Below, piece after piece: positions 25,516 through 34,714 of a stretch of 64,000 nt of DNA. The notes beneath the pieces were generated by a model. That model did no database searches, was not told the DNA's origin, and was given only the letters and a program-made list of their open reading frames with translations. Source of the DNA: a virus. Position numbers and translations under genes: made by a program. Position 1 is the first letter of the stretch. Each line of letters starts with the position of its first letter. The stretch spans positions 64,001-128,000 of the IMG/VR virus record IMGVR_UViG_3300045988_166613; one strand, 5' to 3'.

Positions 25516-26871
25516 ATGAATAGTAAAGTTCAAAAATTTGAATCTGATGTATATAAATACATGGGATCTATAGATTTTAATGAAACAAAGAAAATTTATA
25601 GATCCGTAAAAAATGAATTAATAAAGAAAAAATTAGCCCCTTTTGTTTTTAATGAAGTAATGAACGAAGAAAACGGGTTAAATATAAGTGATTTGGAAAC
25701 AAACGAACAAATAGCAATTGCAAAGGGGTTATATAATTATGGCTTAGAACAATTTAAACCAAGTAGCTATTTTAATACAAATGAACTAGGAGCATATGAA
25801 ACTTATGTTAATCTTAAAGAAGATGATAGTATGGTTTTAGTTTTTGACAATGTAGATGAATATAGTGATGATTTTTATTGTTGTACTTACTGGCAACCTC
25901 ACGAACAATATAGGGCTAGAAAAGAAAGGTTAGTAAGATATAATTTTGCTACTCAAAGAGAAGCAACTATAACAAGAACCAACTACGGGGCAATAAGAAA
26001 AGAAATAACATTGAATAGACCAAACGTAGAAGGAATAAAAAAAATGATTAAAGAAGGAGATTATTTTCCTCCTGACGTATTAAGTTTGAATATTTTACTT
26101 TTAGAAGACAAAGTAGCAAACGTAGAATATGATAAAAATAAAAGACAACTGAGAATAAGAATAAATTATGATATAGATGCAGTAGATTATACCGTGGTTG
26201 ACTTTACTGACGGATGGCATAGAGATACTGCTATCTATGAGTTATATAATGAAGGGTATGACGTAGAAAAAAGTTTCAAAGGCTTTCCCGTAAATATTTC
26301 TATTATTACACCAGAGCGAGCAGCAAAATTTGTTGGAAGACAAATGTTAGCAAATGTATCTAGTAAACAATATATAAAAGCTATACAAGATAATAATTAT
26401 AATACTTTTATTAAGAAGGTTAATGCCAGTAAAGGTGTTCTACATGACCAAATAGCAAAAACAAGAAATGAATTTATAGAAATGGGAAAACTAACCCACT
26501 ATGAAGTTTTTGAAAAAGGATTAAGGTATGTAGAAAAAAATGAGAGAATAAAAATTGAAGGTAGAAATATAATGATTTTTGGTGTTGAAAACTATGTGAG
26601 AATTGTAAATACCATATTTGAGATATTAGAAGATAAAAAAGTAGATAGCAAAACAATGGAAATATTTAAAAGTGAAAATATTTGGCTAGGATATTTTGCA
26701 ATATGGAGTTATTTACGAAAAAATAAATTAGATGACCTTGAAGAGTATGAATTAATTAAAAATGTGATTAATAACGCCATAATATTAAAAGATGAAATGA
26801 AAGAATTAAAAGTAAATTATAAAAGCTTTATTATTAGTGATATTTATAATTTCTTTAGAGATTTAATATAA
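25516..26871 (+). CDS. ParB/sulfiredoxin-fold DGQHR-like (DndB-like) protein
   Basis: ..ATQREATITRTNYGAIRKEITLNRPNVEGIKKMIKEGDYFPPDVLSLNI.. then VVDFTDGWHRDTAIYEL, resembling the QR...DGQHR pattern. Confidence 0.4.
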   Translation: MNSKVQKFESDVYKYMGSIDFNETKKIYRSVKNELIKKKLAPFVFNEVMNEENGLNISDLETNEQIAIAKGLYNYGLEQFKPSSYFNTNELGAYETYVNLKEDDSMVLVFDNVDEYSDDFYCCTYWQPHEQYRARKERLVRYNFATQREATITRTNYGAIRKEITLNRPNVEGIKKMIKEGDYFPPDVLSLNILLLEDKVANVEYDKNKRQLRIRINYDIDAVDYTVVDFTDGWHRDTAIYELYNEGYDVEKSFKGFPVNISIITPERAAKFVGRQMLANVSSKQYIKAIQDNNYNTFIKKVNASKGVLHDQIAKTRNEFIEMGKLTHYEVFEKGLRYVEKNERIKIEGRNIMIFGVENYVRIVNTIFEILEDKKVDSKTMEIFKSENIWLGYFAIWSYLRKNKLDDLEEYELIKNVINNAIILKDEMKELKVNYKSFIISDIYNFFRDLI

Positions 26872-26891
26872 AATTCAAAGGAGGATTATTT

Positions 26892-27962
26892 ATGTTTTCT
26901 AATTATATTGTAGATTATAATAGAGCATTAAAAGAAATAAATAATTTAGATACTTTTTCAAAAAATAAGATAAAATTCTTAGAAGAACAAGGGTACGCAG
27001 ATACTACAAAACAAAATTATTGGAGTATGTTTAATAATCATATACATGATCTTGAAGTTATGTACGATAAAGATTTGGCGATGTTTAATGAGATGGAAGC
27101 ATTAAGCATAATAAAAACAAGGATGACAACAGATTTAAGTACAATAGCTTCATTAAAAAGCTTAATCAATGGCTATGAAGAATGGGCATTAGAAACGGGT
27201 TTAAATCCCACCTATAACCCTTGCATAAATTGGAACACAAGAGAAATAGCAATTATCAACGAGGAAAAAATAAGAAAAAACTATATTTCTTTAGATGATT
27301 TATTTGCTTTATGGGATAAAACAAAAGATAGGGCAGAAATTATTACGGTACATGAATTTGCAATTGTACTTTTAGCAAGGTTGGGGCTAAAAGGATCTAA
27401 GTATAAAGAATTAAGATATCTTAAAATGCAAGATATAGATTTAGATAGTTACATTATCAATGTAACTGATAGAGACGAAAATAATTTAGAAGATATTAAA
27501 GTAGTTAAGAAAATTAATATAGATAAAAGAATTTTAGATGTTTTAGTTCAAGCTGATAAGCAAGAATATATGCGTAAAAAAGCTTACCATAAAATATCTG
27601 AAGAAGAATTTATAGACACAGAGTATATATTAAAATCTACAAAGGGTAAAGTAATAGATTTGATGGCTATAAGAAAAGGTATAATAGACTTTTTTACAGA
27701 AGTTGATAGGGAATATATACCTGCCAAAGATTTATTTAGAAACGCAGAAATAGATACACTTATAAAAATAAAAAGAACTAAAAAATGGAACAAATTAGAT
27801 ATGAAAGATTTTATAGAAGTCATAGAAGAGTATGAATTAAAAAAATCCTACAATATAGCCTTAAAATTAAAAGATCTATATATAAAAATTACAAATGATG
27901 ATGATATTATATATGGGAAATATAACTACGATGAAAATGGAAATAGAATAATATTAGACTGA
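26892..27962 (+). CDS. Tyrosine-recombinase-like protein with degenerate catalytic signature
   Basis: SAM-like N-domain wording (TTKQNYWSMFNNHI). Box-I-like LLARLGLKGSKYKELRYLKMQDIDL (K where R is expected). No HxxR / terminal Y context recognised. Confidence 0.3.
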   Translation: MFSNYIVDYNRALKEINNLDTFSKNKIKFLEEQGYADTTKQNYWSMFNNHIHDLEVMYDKDLAMFNEMEALSIIKTRMTTDLSTIASLKSLINGYEEWALETGLNPTYNPCINWNTREIAIINEEKIRKNYISLDDLFALWDKTKDRAEIITVHEFAIVLLARLGLKGSKYKELRYLKMQDIDLDSYIINVTDRDENNLEDIKVVKKINIDKRILDVLVQADKQEYMRKKAYHKISEEEFIDTEYILKSTKGKVIDLMAIRKGIIDFFTEVDREYIPAKDLFRNAEIDTLIKIKRTKKWNKLDMKDFIEVIEEYELKKSYNIALKLKDLYIKITNDDDIIYGKYNYDENGNRIILD

Positions 27963-27996
27963 TGGGAAATAAAATTCCTATCAGTCTTTTTTATTA
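27958..27996 (+). terminator. Intrinsic terminator
   Basis: actgatgggaa / ttcctatcagt 11-bp stem then cttttttatt. Confidence 0.75.
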
Positions 27997-28003
27997 TTAA
28001 ATT

Positions 28004-28055
28004 GTTGAAATAAATTAAATAATTACTTGATTTATAGTGATATTTGTGTTAATAT
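28004..28055 (+). promoter_or_regulatory. Class I promoter
   Basis: gttgaaataaattaaataattac-TTGATT(28027)-17 bp-TAATAT(28050). Confidence 0.65.
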
Positions 28056-28077
28056 ATAATCAAAGGAGATGATAAAT

Positions 28078-28215
28078 ATGGAATTGATGAGAGATAAAAC
28101 CAAAGAAAATATAATAGATAGATTAACAACAGTTATAGCGATATTGGGAGTTGTTATAATATATTTGTTGGGAACAATAACCACATCACTTATAGGTGCT
28201 TATTTATTACATATA
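28078..28215 (+). CDS. 45-aa hydrophobic peptide (single TM)
   Basis: AAGGAG RBS; MELMRDKTKENIIDRLTTVIAILGVVIIYLLGTITTSLIGAIYYI. Confidence 0.45.
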
Positions 28216-28231
28216 ATTTACGATAGATAAA

Positions 28232-28283
28232 AGTTAAAATAAATTAAAGAATTGATTGACAAATAATATTATCTATTGTATAA
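28232..28283 (+). promoter_or_regulatory. Class I promoter
   Basis: gttaaaataaattaaagaattga-TTGACA(28255)-17 bp-TATAAT(28278). Confidence 0.75.
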
Positions 28284-28344
28284 TAAAGACATAAGATAAA
28301 GAGATTAATACAACAAAGAATAATATAAAAAGGAGCGATTTTAA

Positions 28345-28971
28345 ATGGAAACAATGATTAAAAATTGTCAAAGAGGAGATGTATTTTATGCTAATCTTGG
28401 AGAAAAACCAGAAGGAGTTCAAGATTGCGAACAATATGGGATGAGACCAGTTGTAATAATTCAAAATAATAAAGGAAACAGATATAGTCCTACTACAATA
28501 ATTGCACCAATAACAACAAAGATAAACAAAAATAAGATTCCTACACACGTAAAACTAGACGGGGAATACATAGGTTTACCAAAAGAAAGTATGGCAATGT
28601 TAGAACAAATTAGAGTTTTAGATAAAAGAAAACTAAAAGAAAAAATAGGGGAAATAAGCCCAAAAGATAGAAAGAAAATAAATGTTGCAGCGGCATTATC
28701 TTTAAATCTATTATCTATAGAAGAAAAGAATTTAGAAATAATAGAAGAGAAAGTTAATGAAATTGAAAGAATAGATTCACACATAAGATATGCGATCAAA
28801 AATGGAGTAGATATAGAAAATTTCTTTGAAGGTTTAATAGAAGAAAGAGAGGCTGTTATGGAGGATTTAGAAGCTTTTTGTAAAGCTAATGGATTAAATC
28901 ATAATGATTTTTTGAAAGGGTGTAACAAAAGAAAAATAAGTAAAAAAAGCAACAAAATAGGGGTGTGTTAA
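28345..28971 (+). CDS. MazF/PemK-family toxin domain fused to a ~95-aa C-terminal extension
   Basis: RGDVFYANLG..GMRPVVIIQNNKGNRYSPTTIIAPITTK..IPTHV..ESMAMLEQIRVLDKRKL is a classical MazF/PemK pattern. Protein is 208 aa versus ~110 typical. Confidence 0.75.
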   Translation: METMIKNCQRGDVFYANLGEKPEGVQDCEQYGMRPVVIIQNNKGNRYSPTTIIAPITTKINKNKIPTHVKLDGEYIGLPKESMAMLEQIRVLDKRKLKEKIGEISPKDRKKINVAAALSLNLLSIEEKNLEIIEEKVNEIERIDSHIRYAIKNGVDIENFFEGLIEEREAVMEDLEAFCKANGLNHNDFLKGCNKRKISKKSNKIGVC

Positions 28972-28974
28972 AAT

Positions 28975-29514
28975 ATGGCTATCGTTAAAATATTGGGGGA
29001 CTATAAGAGTAAAAAAAATAAGAATAATTTAGATAATTTTATAGTAAAAAAGCTTAGTTGTAATATAGATAAAGAGTTTAGTCAAGAGCTTTTTATGGAA
29101 AATTTTTTGATTGAAAAAACAATAGCTAAAAATGAATCAAAAAGTGTTATTCAACAAAGGTTAAAAAATTTAGAAGATATAAAAAAGAAATATTTTATAT
29201 CTAGTGATAGTTTAGAAAATAAGATTACATTGTTAACCTGTTTTACCAAGTTATCTAATAAATATAATTCACAATTAATAGAATTTATTGAAGATAATTT
29301 AGTGGAAATATTAGAAAGGTATAAACTAAATTGGACAATAAGTATATTAAATCAAATCAAAAGATACGATGAAGAAATAGTTAAATATATAGTCTATCTA
29401 AAAGAATTAAAGTCAGAAATGATCAAACTTGATTATGGAGGGACTATTCCCTCCTATAGAGATATTCAAGATAGTATCTCTATAGGAGGCGAGTACAACT
29501 TCCAAAAAGCATAA
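28975..29514 (+). CDS. Hypothetical protein (179 aa), co-transcribed with the MazF-like gene
   Basis: 4-nt gap after the MazF-like stop. Confidence 0.5.
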   Translation: MAIVKILGDYKSKKNKNNLDNFIVKKLSCNIDKEFSQELFMENFLIEKTIAKNESKSVIQQRLKNLEDIKKKYFISSDSLENKITLLTCFTKLSNKYNSQLIEFIEDNLVEILERYKLNWTISILNQIKRYDEEIVKYIVYLKELKSEMIKLDYGGTIPSYRDIQDSISIGGEYNFQKA

Positions 29515-29674
29515 TTTACAGTACATAATTAAAAATAAAATAGAAACGTAGTAAAATACGGATTATAAGTAGTCTATAATCTTCCTACTTTAGAAAAGAA
29601 GATGTTTTTTATAAATGGGAAATTTTAACCAGAATTAAATACATAATATTATACATATAAGAAGGTGAGATAGG

Positions 29675-31405
29675 ATGCCAAGAAAGAAAACACATGAAGA
29701 GTTTGTTAAAGAGATTAAAGATAAATATGGGAATGAGTATGAGATATTAGGCAAGTATGTTAATGCGAAAAATAAAATTAAAGTTAGACACAACTGTAAT
29801 AAATGTAGTAATTACGAGTGGGAAGTTACGCCTGATAGTTTATTAAGAGGAACTAGATGTCCTATATGCAATGGTGGAGTTAAAAAGACACATAAAGAGT
29901 TTATTGAGAGAATTAGAAAAAAATATAATGGAGAATACGAGATTTTAGGAAAATATATAAATGCAAAAACTAAAATATTGGTAAGACATAATTGTGATAA
30001 ATGTGATTTTCACAAATGGAATATTACGCCAAGTAATTTATTGAGAGGATATGGTTGCCCAAAGTGTGCGGGGAATATTAAAAAAACTACAGAAGAATTT
30101 AAACAAGAAGTTTATGATAAATATAAAGATGAATACATTGTTTTAGGAGAATATAAAAATACCAATTCTAAGATATTGATTGAACATAATTGTAAAGAAT
30201 GTCATTATCATCAATGGGAAATAACCCCTAGCAAACTATTATGCGGTAGAGGTTGTCCTGTATGTGGAGGTACTAAGAAGAAGACGCATGAGGAATTTAT
30301 TCAAGAAATTAAAGATAAATATGGTAATGATTATGAGGTTTTGGGAGAATATGTAAGCAATGATAAAAAAGTATTAATAAGACATAATTCCGATAAGTGT
30401 AATTATCATGAGTGGAAAACATTACCTAATAATTTGTTAAAAGGACATGGTTGCCCAGTTTGTGGTGGTAGAGAAGCCAAATTAGGTATTAACACTATAT
30501 GGGATACCGACAGATGGATGTGTAATTTAGGTGTTTCTGAGGAAGATGCAAAGAAATATAGCAGAGGCAGTAGTAGAAAAATCACTGTAACATGTCCCGA
30601 TTGTGGGAGAAAAAAGAAAATCGAACCTCATGCTATATTACAACATAAAACCATATTTTGTTCATGTGGTGATGGAAAGAGTTACCCTGAGAAATTTATT
30701 ATGAATTTCTTAGAACAATTAGGTTTAGAGTTTGAAACAGAGTATAAACCACAATGGATCGATAACAAAAGATACGATTTTCATATTAAAGATAATAGTT
30801 GTATTATTGAAACTCATGGCGAACAGCATTATAAACAAACATCAAGAAGAGGGGAGAGATCAAGAACACTTGAAGAAGAACAAGAAAACGATAAGTACAA
30901 GAGAGAAATGGCATTAAAGAATGGAATTAAGTATTACGTTGAATTAGACTGTAGAGAATCTAATATGGAGTGGATAAAAAAATCAATAATCAACTCTGAA
31001 TTAAATAAGTTATTTGATTTATCAAATATAGATTGGACAAGCTGTGAAGAGTTTGCTAATAAAAATATAGTTAAGGAAGTATGTGATTATTGGAATCATA
31101 AAAGAGAAGATGAGACAACAAGCGATTTAATGAGAAGATTTGTTTTGGCGAGAATAACGATAATAAGGTATCTTAAAAAAGGAACAGAGCTTGGTTGGTG
31201 TGAATATAATCCTAAAGAACATTATAAGAAAGTAGAAGTATTTAAAGATAATAAAAGCTTAGGAATATTCTCATCTTGTGCCGAACTCGAAAGACAAAGT
31301 GAGAAGTTATTTGGGATAAAATTATTAAATCAAAGTATTTCAGATGTTTGTAATAGCAAAAAATCTCAATATAAAGGATTTACTTTTAAATATATAATAA
31401 ATTAG
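29675..31405 (+). CDS. Zn-ribbon-array protein with restriction-endonuclease-like core and C-terminal DNA-binding module (free-standing homing-endonuclease-like)
   Basis: Four ~66-aa repeats (THEEF..KYGNEYEILG.Y.N...KI.VRHN.C....W...P..LL.G.GCP.C.G). YPEKFIMNFLEQLGLEFETEY..RYDFHI..CIIETHGEQHY (Vsr/PD-ExK-like). Tail ..LGIFSSCAELERQSEKLFG..KGFTFKY. Confidence 0.5.
   Translation: MPRKKTHEEFVKEIKDKYGNEYEILGKYVNAKNKIKVRHNCNKCSNYEWEVTPDSLLRGTRCPICNGGVKKTHKEFIERIRKKYNGEYEILGKYINAKTKILVRHNCDKCDFHKWNITPSNLLRGYGCPKCAGNIKKTTEEFKQEVYDKYKDEYIVLGEYKNTNSKILIEHNCKECHYHQWEITPSKLLCGRGCPVCGGTKKKTHEEFIQEIKDKYGNDYEVLGEYVSNDKKVLIRHNSDKCNYHEWKTLPNNLLKGHGCPVCGGREAKLGINTIWDTDRWMCNLGVSEEDAKKYSRGSSRKITVTCPDCGRKKKIEPHAILQHKTIFCSCGDGKSYPEKFIMNFLEQLGLEFETEYKPQWIDNKRYDFHIKDNSCIIETHGEQHYKQTSRRGERSRTLEEEQENDKYKREMALKNGIKYYVELDCRESNMEWIKKSIINSELNKLFDLSNIDWTSCEEFANKNIVKEVCDYWNHKREDETTSDLMRRFVLARITIIRYLKKGTELGWCEYNPKEHYKKVEVFKDNKSLGIFSSCAELERQSEKLFGIKLLNQSISDVCNSKKSQYKGFTFKYIIN
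29681..30472 (+). repeat. Four in-frame tandem ~200-bp coding repeats (Zn-ribbon units)
   Basis: Repeat units begin near aa 3, 72, 137, 203 of the 576-aa ORF. Confidence 0.7.
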
Positions 31406-31485
31406 AATTTTTAATTGGAAATAAATGAGATGAAATGATAAAATAGTAATTGAAATAATTATTTTTTTATATGGGAGGGTTCATT

Positions 31486-31929
31486 ATGTGTTATAAAGCT
31501 GCTTTAGAAAATGCTATGTGTCATGAGTTAAAAAAAGGTACTAATCCAACAGAAGATATGTATAAAAATGTGTTTGATAATAACAGATTAGCTTTTTGTT
31601 TTTATGCATACGAAGACGAACTTGAAATATATTGTAAGGTACGCCATAGATTTGAATATTTTAGCGAGGATTATAATGAATATGGGGATTCAAATCTATC
31701 TTCAAATATGTCCAATGTAATATTAACTTTTAAAGCTAATTCTAATGATAAAATTGTATTCGATGAAATATATGATCCAACATTTGAGGAAATAAAAGAT
31801 TTTATAACAGAACTTAGCGTACTGTTTAAGGTTAGATATTTATTTCTTTCAATCGATAATACTGCTATCGGATATATAGAAAATGGAGAAGCCTTTGAAT
31901 ATAGAGCCAACAAATTAAATATATCTTAA
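31486..31929 (+). CDS. Hypothetical protein (147 aa)
   Basis: GGGAGGG RBS then ATG 31486. Confidence 0.55.
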   Translation: MCYKAALENAMCHELKKGTNPTEDMYKNVFDNNRLAFCFYAYEDELEIYCKVRHRFEYFSEDYNEYGDSNLSSNMSNVILTFKANSNDKIVFDEIYDPTFEEIKDFITELSVLFKVRYLFLSIDNTAIGYIENGEAFEYRANKLNIS

Positions 31930-31942
31930 AATTTAATATTTA

Positions 31943-31983
31943 CTTTAAAGAGGAAATGGATAGTTGTTCCTTCCTCTTTAAAG
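31943..31983 (+). terminator. 13-bp perfect hairpin (no U-run)
   Basis: ctttaaagaggaa / ttcctctttaaag. Confidence 0.55.
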
Positions 31984-31998
31984 AATAGGGGGTGGATA

Positions 31999-32328
31999 AT
32001 GAATACAAGGCAGTTCGTTAATTTAGTGGAAAATAAACACATACAAGTAAAAATTAAATTAAAGGAATTAAGTTCTATATATGAAGCATTTGGAGTAGAA
32101 GTTAGAGAATATAATGGTGAAGAAAAAGAAATTTGGTGCGAGATAGAATCAATAAATAGTTTTAGCTCATTATCATATAAAGTATTTTGTAAACCTATAG
32201 AGAATAAATATAAAGGAAAAGAGTTTTATACAATAGATTTATTAAGATTAATAGATAGTGAGATCATAAAGATAAGAGCTTTATATGATGAAGAATATAA
32301 TGATAAAATAATAAGGAAGGAATATTGA
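31999..32328 (+). CDS. Hypothetical protein (109 aa)
   Basis: GGGGGTGG RBS-like. Confidence 0.55.
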   Translation: MNTRQFVNLVENKHIQVKIKLKELSSIYEAFGVEVREYNGEEKEIWCEIESINSFSSLSYKVFCKPIENKYKGKEFYTIDLLRLIDSEIIKIRALYDEEYNDKIIRKEY

Positions 32329-32330
32329 TT

Positions 32331-32774
32331 ATGGAAGTACATAGAATAAATGATTTTAAAGAAGGCAAATATTATCATCAACTAGGTAAGTTTGGAGAAA
32401 AACTTGATATTATTAATACAAATTCTATATTTTTTATTAAAAATAATAAAATTTTTAGGAAATATAGTTCAGGGAAAATAAGTGAATGTTTAGAACCTTA
32501 TAATATTATTATAAATGCTAAATTCACTTTGGCTGATACATTTATAGATTTTAAATTTCTTAAACATGGTGAGAAGGTTAAAGCTAAAATAAATGGTGTA
32601 TGGAGAGATAGATATTATATATCAAGCAAAAAAGATTTATTCCTTGATGGTAAAAGAGAATTAATAGTTTCTCTAGTAAATCCACTAATAGAAAAAGAAG
32701 AAAGATATTATGAATTAGCAGAAGCAATAATGCTCGAAAATGATTGTGTTGAATGTATTAATTGGCGTATTTAA
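32331..32774 (+). CDS. Hypothetical protein (147 aa)
   Basis: AAGGAAGGAA upstream; ATG 32331. Confidence 0.55.
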   Translation: MEVHRINDFKEGKYYHQLGKFGEKLDIINTNSIFFIKNNKIFRKYSSGKISECLEPYNIIINAKFTLADTFIDFKFLKHGEKVKAKINGVWRDRYYISSKKDLFLDGKRELIVSLVNPLIEKEERYYELAEAIMLENDCVECINWRI

Positions 32775-32815
32775 ACATAATTATAGAAAAATAGATATAA
32801 AGAGAGGATATTTAG

Positions 32816-33016
32816 ATGAAATTTGATGTTTTAGCATTGTATAGAAAAGGTTCAACTTCCTATACAATAAATCCCGTTTGGAGAATTGATTCACCATTTT
32901 TTAATGAAGATGAATGGTTTTTGAAAAATGAAGAAACAAAATCAACAGTTTTCATAGGAACTAAAAAAGAAATATTTGATAAGATGAGAGAATTGGGAAT
33001 AGAAAAGGTGTTTTAA
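32816..33016 (+). CDS. Hypothetical protein (66 aa)
   Basis: AGAGAGGA RBS. Confidence 0.5.
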   Translation: MKFDVLALYRKGSTSYTINPVWRIDSPFFNEDEWFLKNEETKSTVFIGTKKEIFDKMRELGIEKVF

Positions 33017-33025
33017 GGTGATAAC

Positions 33026-33199
33026 ATGAGAAGAATAATTTTTGAAGGAAGGAACTTTGATGTCATTAAGAAAGGTAATAATTATTTTGGTATAGAAAGA
33101 AATGGTAAAGAGTTTACTTCAGCAGATACATATTCTAAAGCTATAAAGAGAGTTAAATTAATGGATAGAGTATATGATTTAGGTTATTCTCAAGGTTGA
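33026..33199 (+). CDS. Hypothetical 57-aa protein (below the ORF-track cutoff)
   Basis: AAGGTG then ATG 33026; MRRIIFEGRNFDVIKKGNNYFGIERNGKEF.. Confidence 0.45.
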   Translation: MRRIIFEGRNFDVIKKGNNYFGIERNGKEFTSADTYSKAIKRVKLMDRVYDLGYSQG

Positions 33200-33236
33200 T
33201 GGGATAGCTACTAACAAAAGAATAGGAGGAAATAAT

Positions 33237-33455
33237 GTGAAAGATAATTTTACAATAATAAATAATGGATTAGAACAATTTTCTGATGAGACAAGTAGAG
33301 ATGTAGATAAATTTACAAAATCAATATATCCTTTTTATAAAGAACTAATCAATAAGGGGTATTCACATTTACAGATACAAAATATATTATTCTGTACATG
33401 TCTTAAATTAAAAATAGATATAGAATTCAATAATGAAGATAAATATATAAAATAG
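33237..33455 (+). CDS. Hypothetical protein (72 aa, GTG start)
   Basis: AGGAGGAA RBS. Confidence 0.5.
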   Translation: MKDNFTIINNGLEQFSDETSRDVDKFTKSIYPFYKELINKGYSHLQIQNILFCTCLKLKIDIEFNNEDKYIK

Positions 33456-33467
33456 GAGAAATAAAAA

Positions 33468-33737
33468 ATGAAATTAAAAGATAATGTAGACTTTAAAGAA
33501 TTAGAGAAATATGATTTTATAGAAGATCCAGATAATTGTGAAGAAGGAGAACATTATTACGGAGAAAATAATTACTATTATGAATTTAAAAGTTGTTATA
33601 GTGCAGAATTTAGATTGGTAGTCAATATACATACTAGAAAATTTGAAATATTAGCTATGGCTAAAAACACAGGTTTATTGCAACTATGTGATTTAGATAT
33701 AATGGTGAAATTGATGAAAGATGGATTAATAGAATAA
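33468..33737 (+). CDS. Hypothetical protein (89 aa)
   Basis: TAGGAG RBS. Confidence 0.5.
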   Translation: MKLKDNVDFKELEKYDFIEDPDNCEEGEHYYGENNYYYEFKSCYSAEFRLVVNIHTRKFEILAMAKNTGLLQLCDLDIMVKLMKDGLIE

Positions 33738-33772
33738 TAACAAAAGAAGTTTATAAATTGCTTGTTTTAAAT

Positions 33773-33793
33773 AAAAATAAATTAAAGAATAAT
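33773..33793 (+). promoter_or_regulatory. AT-rich box, class II
   Basis: aaaaataaattaaagaataat. Confidence 0.45.
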
Positions 33794-33809
33794 CAAGAGG
33801 TGATATTTG

Positions 33810-34016
33810 ATGTATAAAGTTAGCAGTTGTTCAAGATGTGGTAAGGAATTAGGAGAAAATGAGATTTGTTCATGTAATGATAGAGGTAAGTGTCTAGGTT
33901 ATACTGACGAAGAGTGTATTAATTGTGGAAGACTAAGAGTTGAATTATTTGAAAATGGTGATGAAATATGCGAAAGATGTAAGTTTAATCAACTTACTGA
34001 AGAATTTGAATTTTAG
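33810..34016 (+). CDS. Cys-rich (multi CxxC) small protein
   Basis: CSRCGKE..CSC..C..CINCG..CERC; AGAGGTG RBS. Confidence 0.55.
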   Translation: MYKVSSCSRCGKELGENEICSCNDRGKCLGYTDEECINCGRLRVELFENGDEICERCKFNQLTEEFEF

Positions 34017-34028
34017 GTGGTGATATAG

Positions 34029-34445
34029 ATGAAGGTTAGAACTTTCAAAGAGGTATATGATGATTTAGTTGACATTGACTTTGATACCAACAATGAGGGA
34101 GTCGTTACTGGTGAAGAATACGAAAAATGGGTTAAAGAACGATTTAGGAATTTAACAAGTGAGGAAGAACAGGCTTACGTTAAATGTTTAGATAATATAT
34201 CGCAAGATACTGAAATAGTATTATTTGAAGGAGAAAGCCATATGAAGGATGATTTATTAAAACTTAAAAAGTATTTAGAAAGAAGAATATCTATGAAAGA
34301 AATCGAAGTTGACAATTTAAATAAGAAAAACTTGAGCGATACTGGTCATTGGAGTAAGGGGTATTGGGAAGGTAATATAGCTGCTATGGATTTTGTGATT
34401 GGTAAAATAGATGAAATATTGGATAAGGAGAATATTAATGAGTAG
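34029..34445 (+). CDS. Hypothetical protein (138 aa)
   Basis: AGGTGGTG RBS-like. Confidence 0.55.
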   Translation: MKVRTFKEVYDDLVDIDFDTNNEGVVTGEEYEKWVKERFRNLTSEEEQAYVKCLDNISQDTEIVLFEGESHMKDDLLKLKKYLERRISMKEIEVDNLNKKNLSDTGHWSKGYWEGNIAAMDFVIGKIDEILDKENINE

Positions 34446-34701
34446 AGGAAACAAATTACAAAGCTTATCAGAATTTCAAAGGTATAATGATGATTTATCT
34501 GATTATGAATTAAAACAAATATTAGATATTTATAAAAAGGTTATTTATAGAATAAAAAATAGAAGCAATAAATATAAATGCCCTTATTGTGGAGAATATT
34601 TAATTAAGGATTATGAGTATATATATGACAATGGTACAAAAATAGAAGAATATAAATGTTTTCAGCATTATTATACTTACCAAACAACAATTAAACAATA
34701 A
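34438..34701 (+). CDS. Small Zn-finger-like protein (87 aa)
   Basis: AAGGAG RBS then ATG 34438; CPYCGEY.. Confidence 0.5.
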   Translation: MSRGNKLQSLSEFQRYNDDLSDYELKQILDIYKKVIYRIKNRSNKYKCPYCGEYLIKDYEYIYDNGTKIEEYKCFQHYYTYQTTIKQ

Positions 34702-34714
34702 AAAGGATTAAAAG

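Noticed and set aside
26892-27962. Calling 26892..27962 an active phage integrase, implying chromosomal integration
   Set aside because: The first catalytic Arg appears replaced by Lys, and I could not find the HxxR or nucleophilic Tyr context. No att-like repeat or tRNA target is nearby. The Rep/TubZ module argues for plasmid maintenance instead.
30732-30917. ORF 30732..30917 (+), alternative frame inside the Zn-ribbon-array endonuclease gene
   Set aside because: Fully nested in a 576-aa ORF with clear repeat and motif structure. No RBS.
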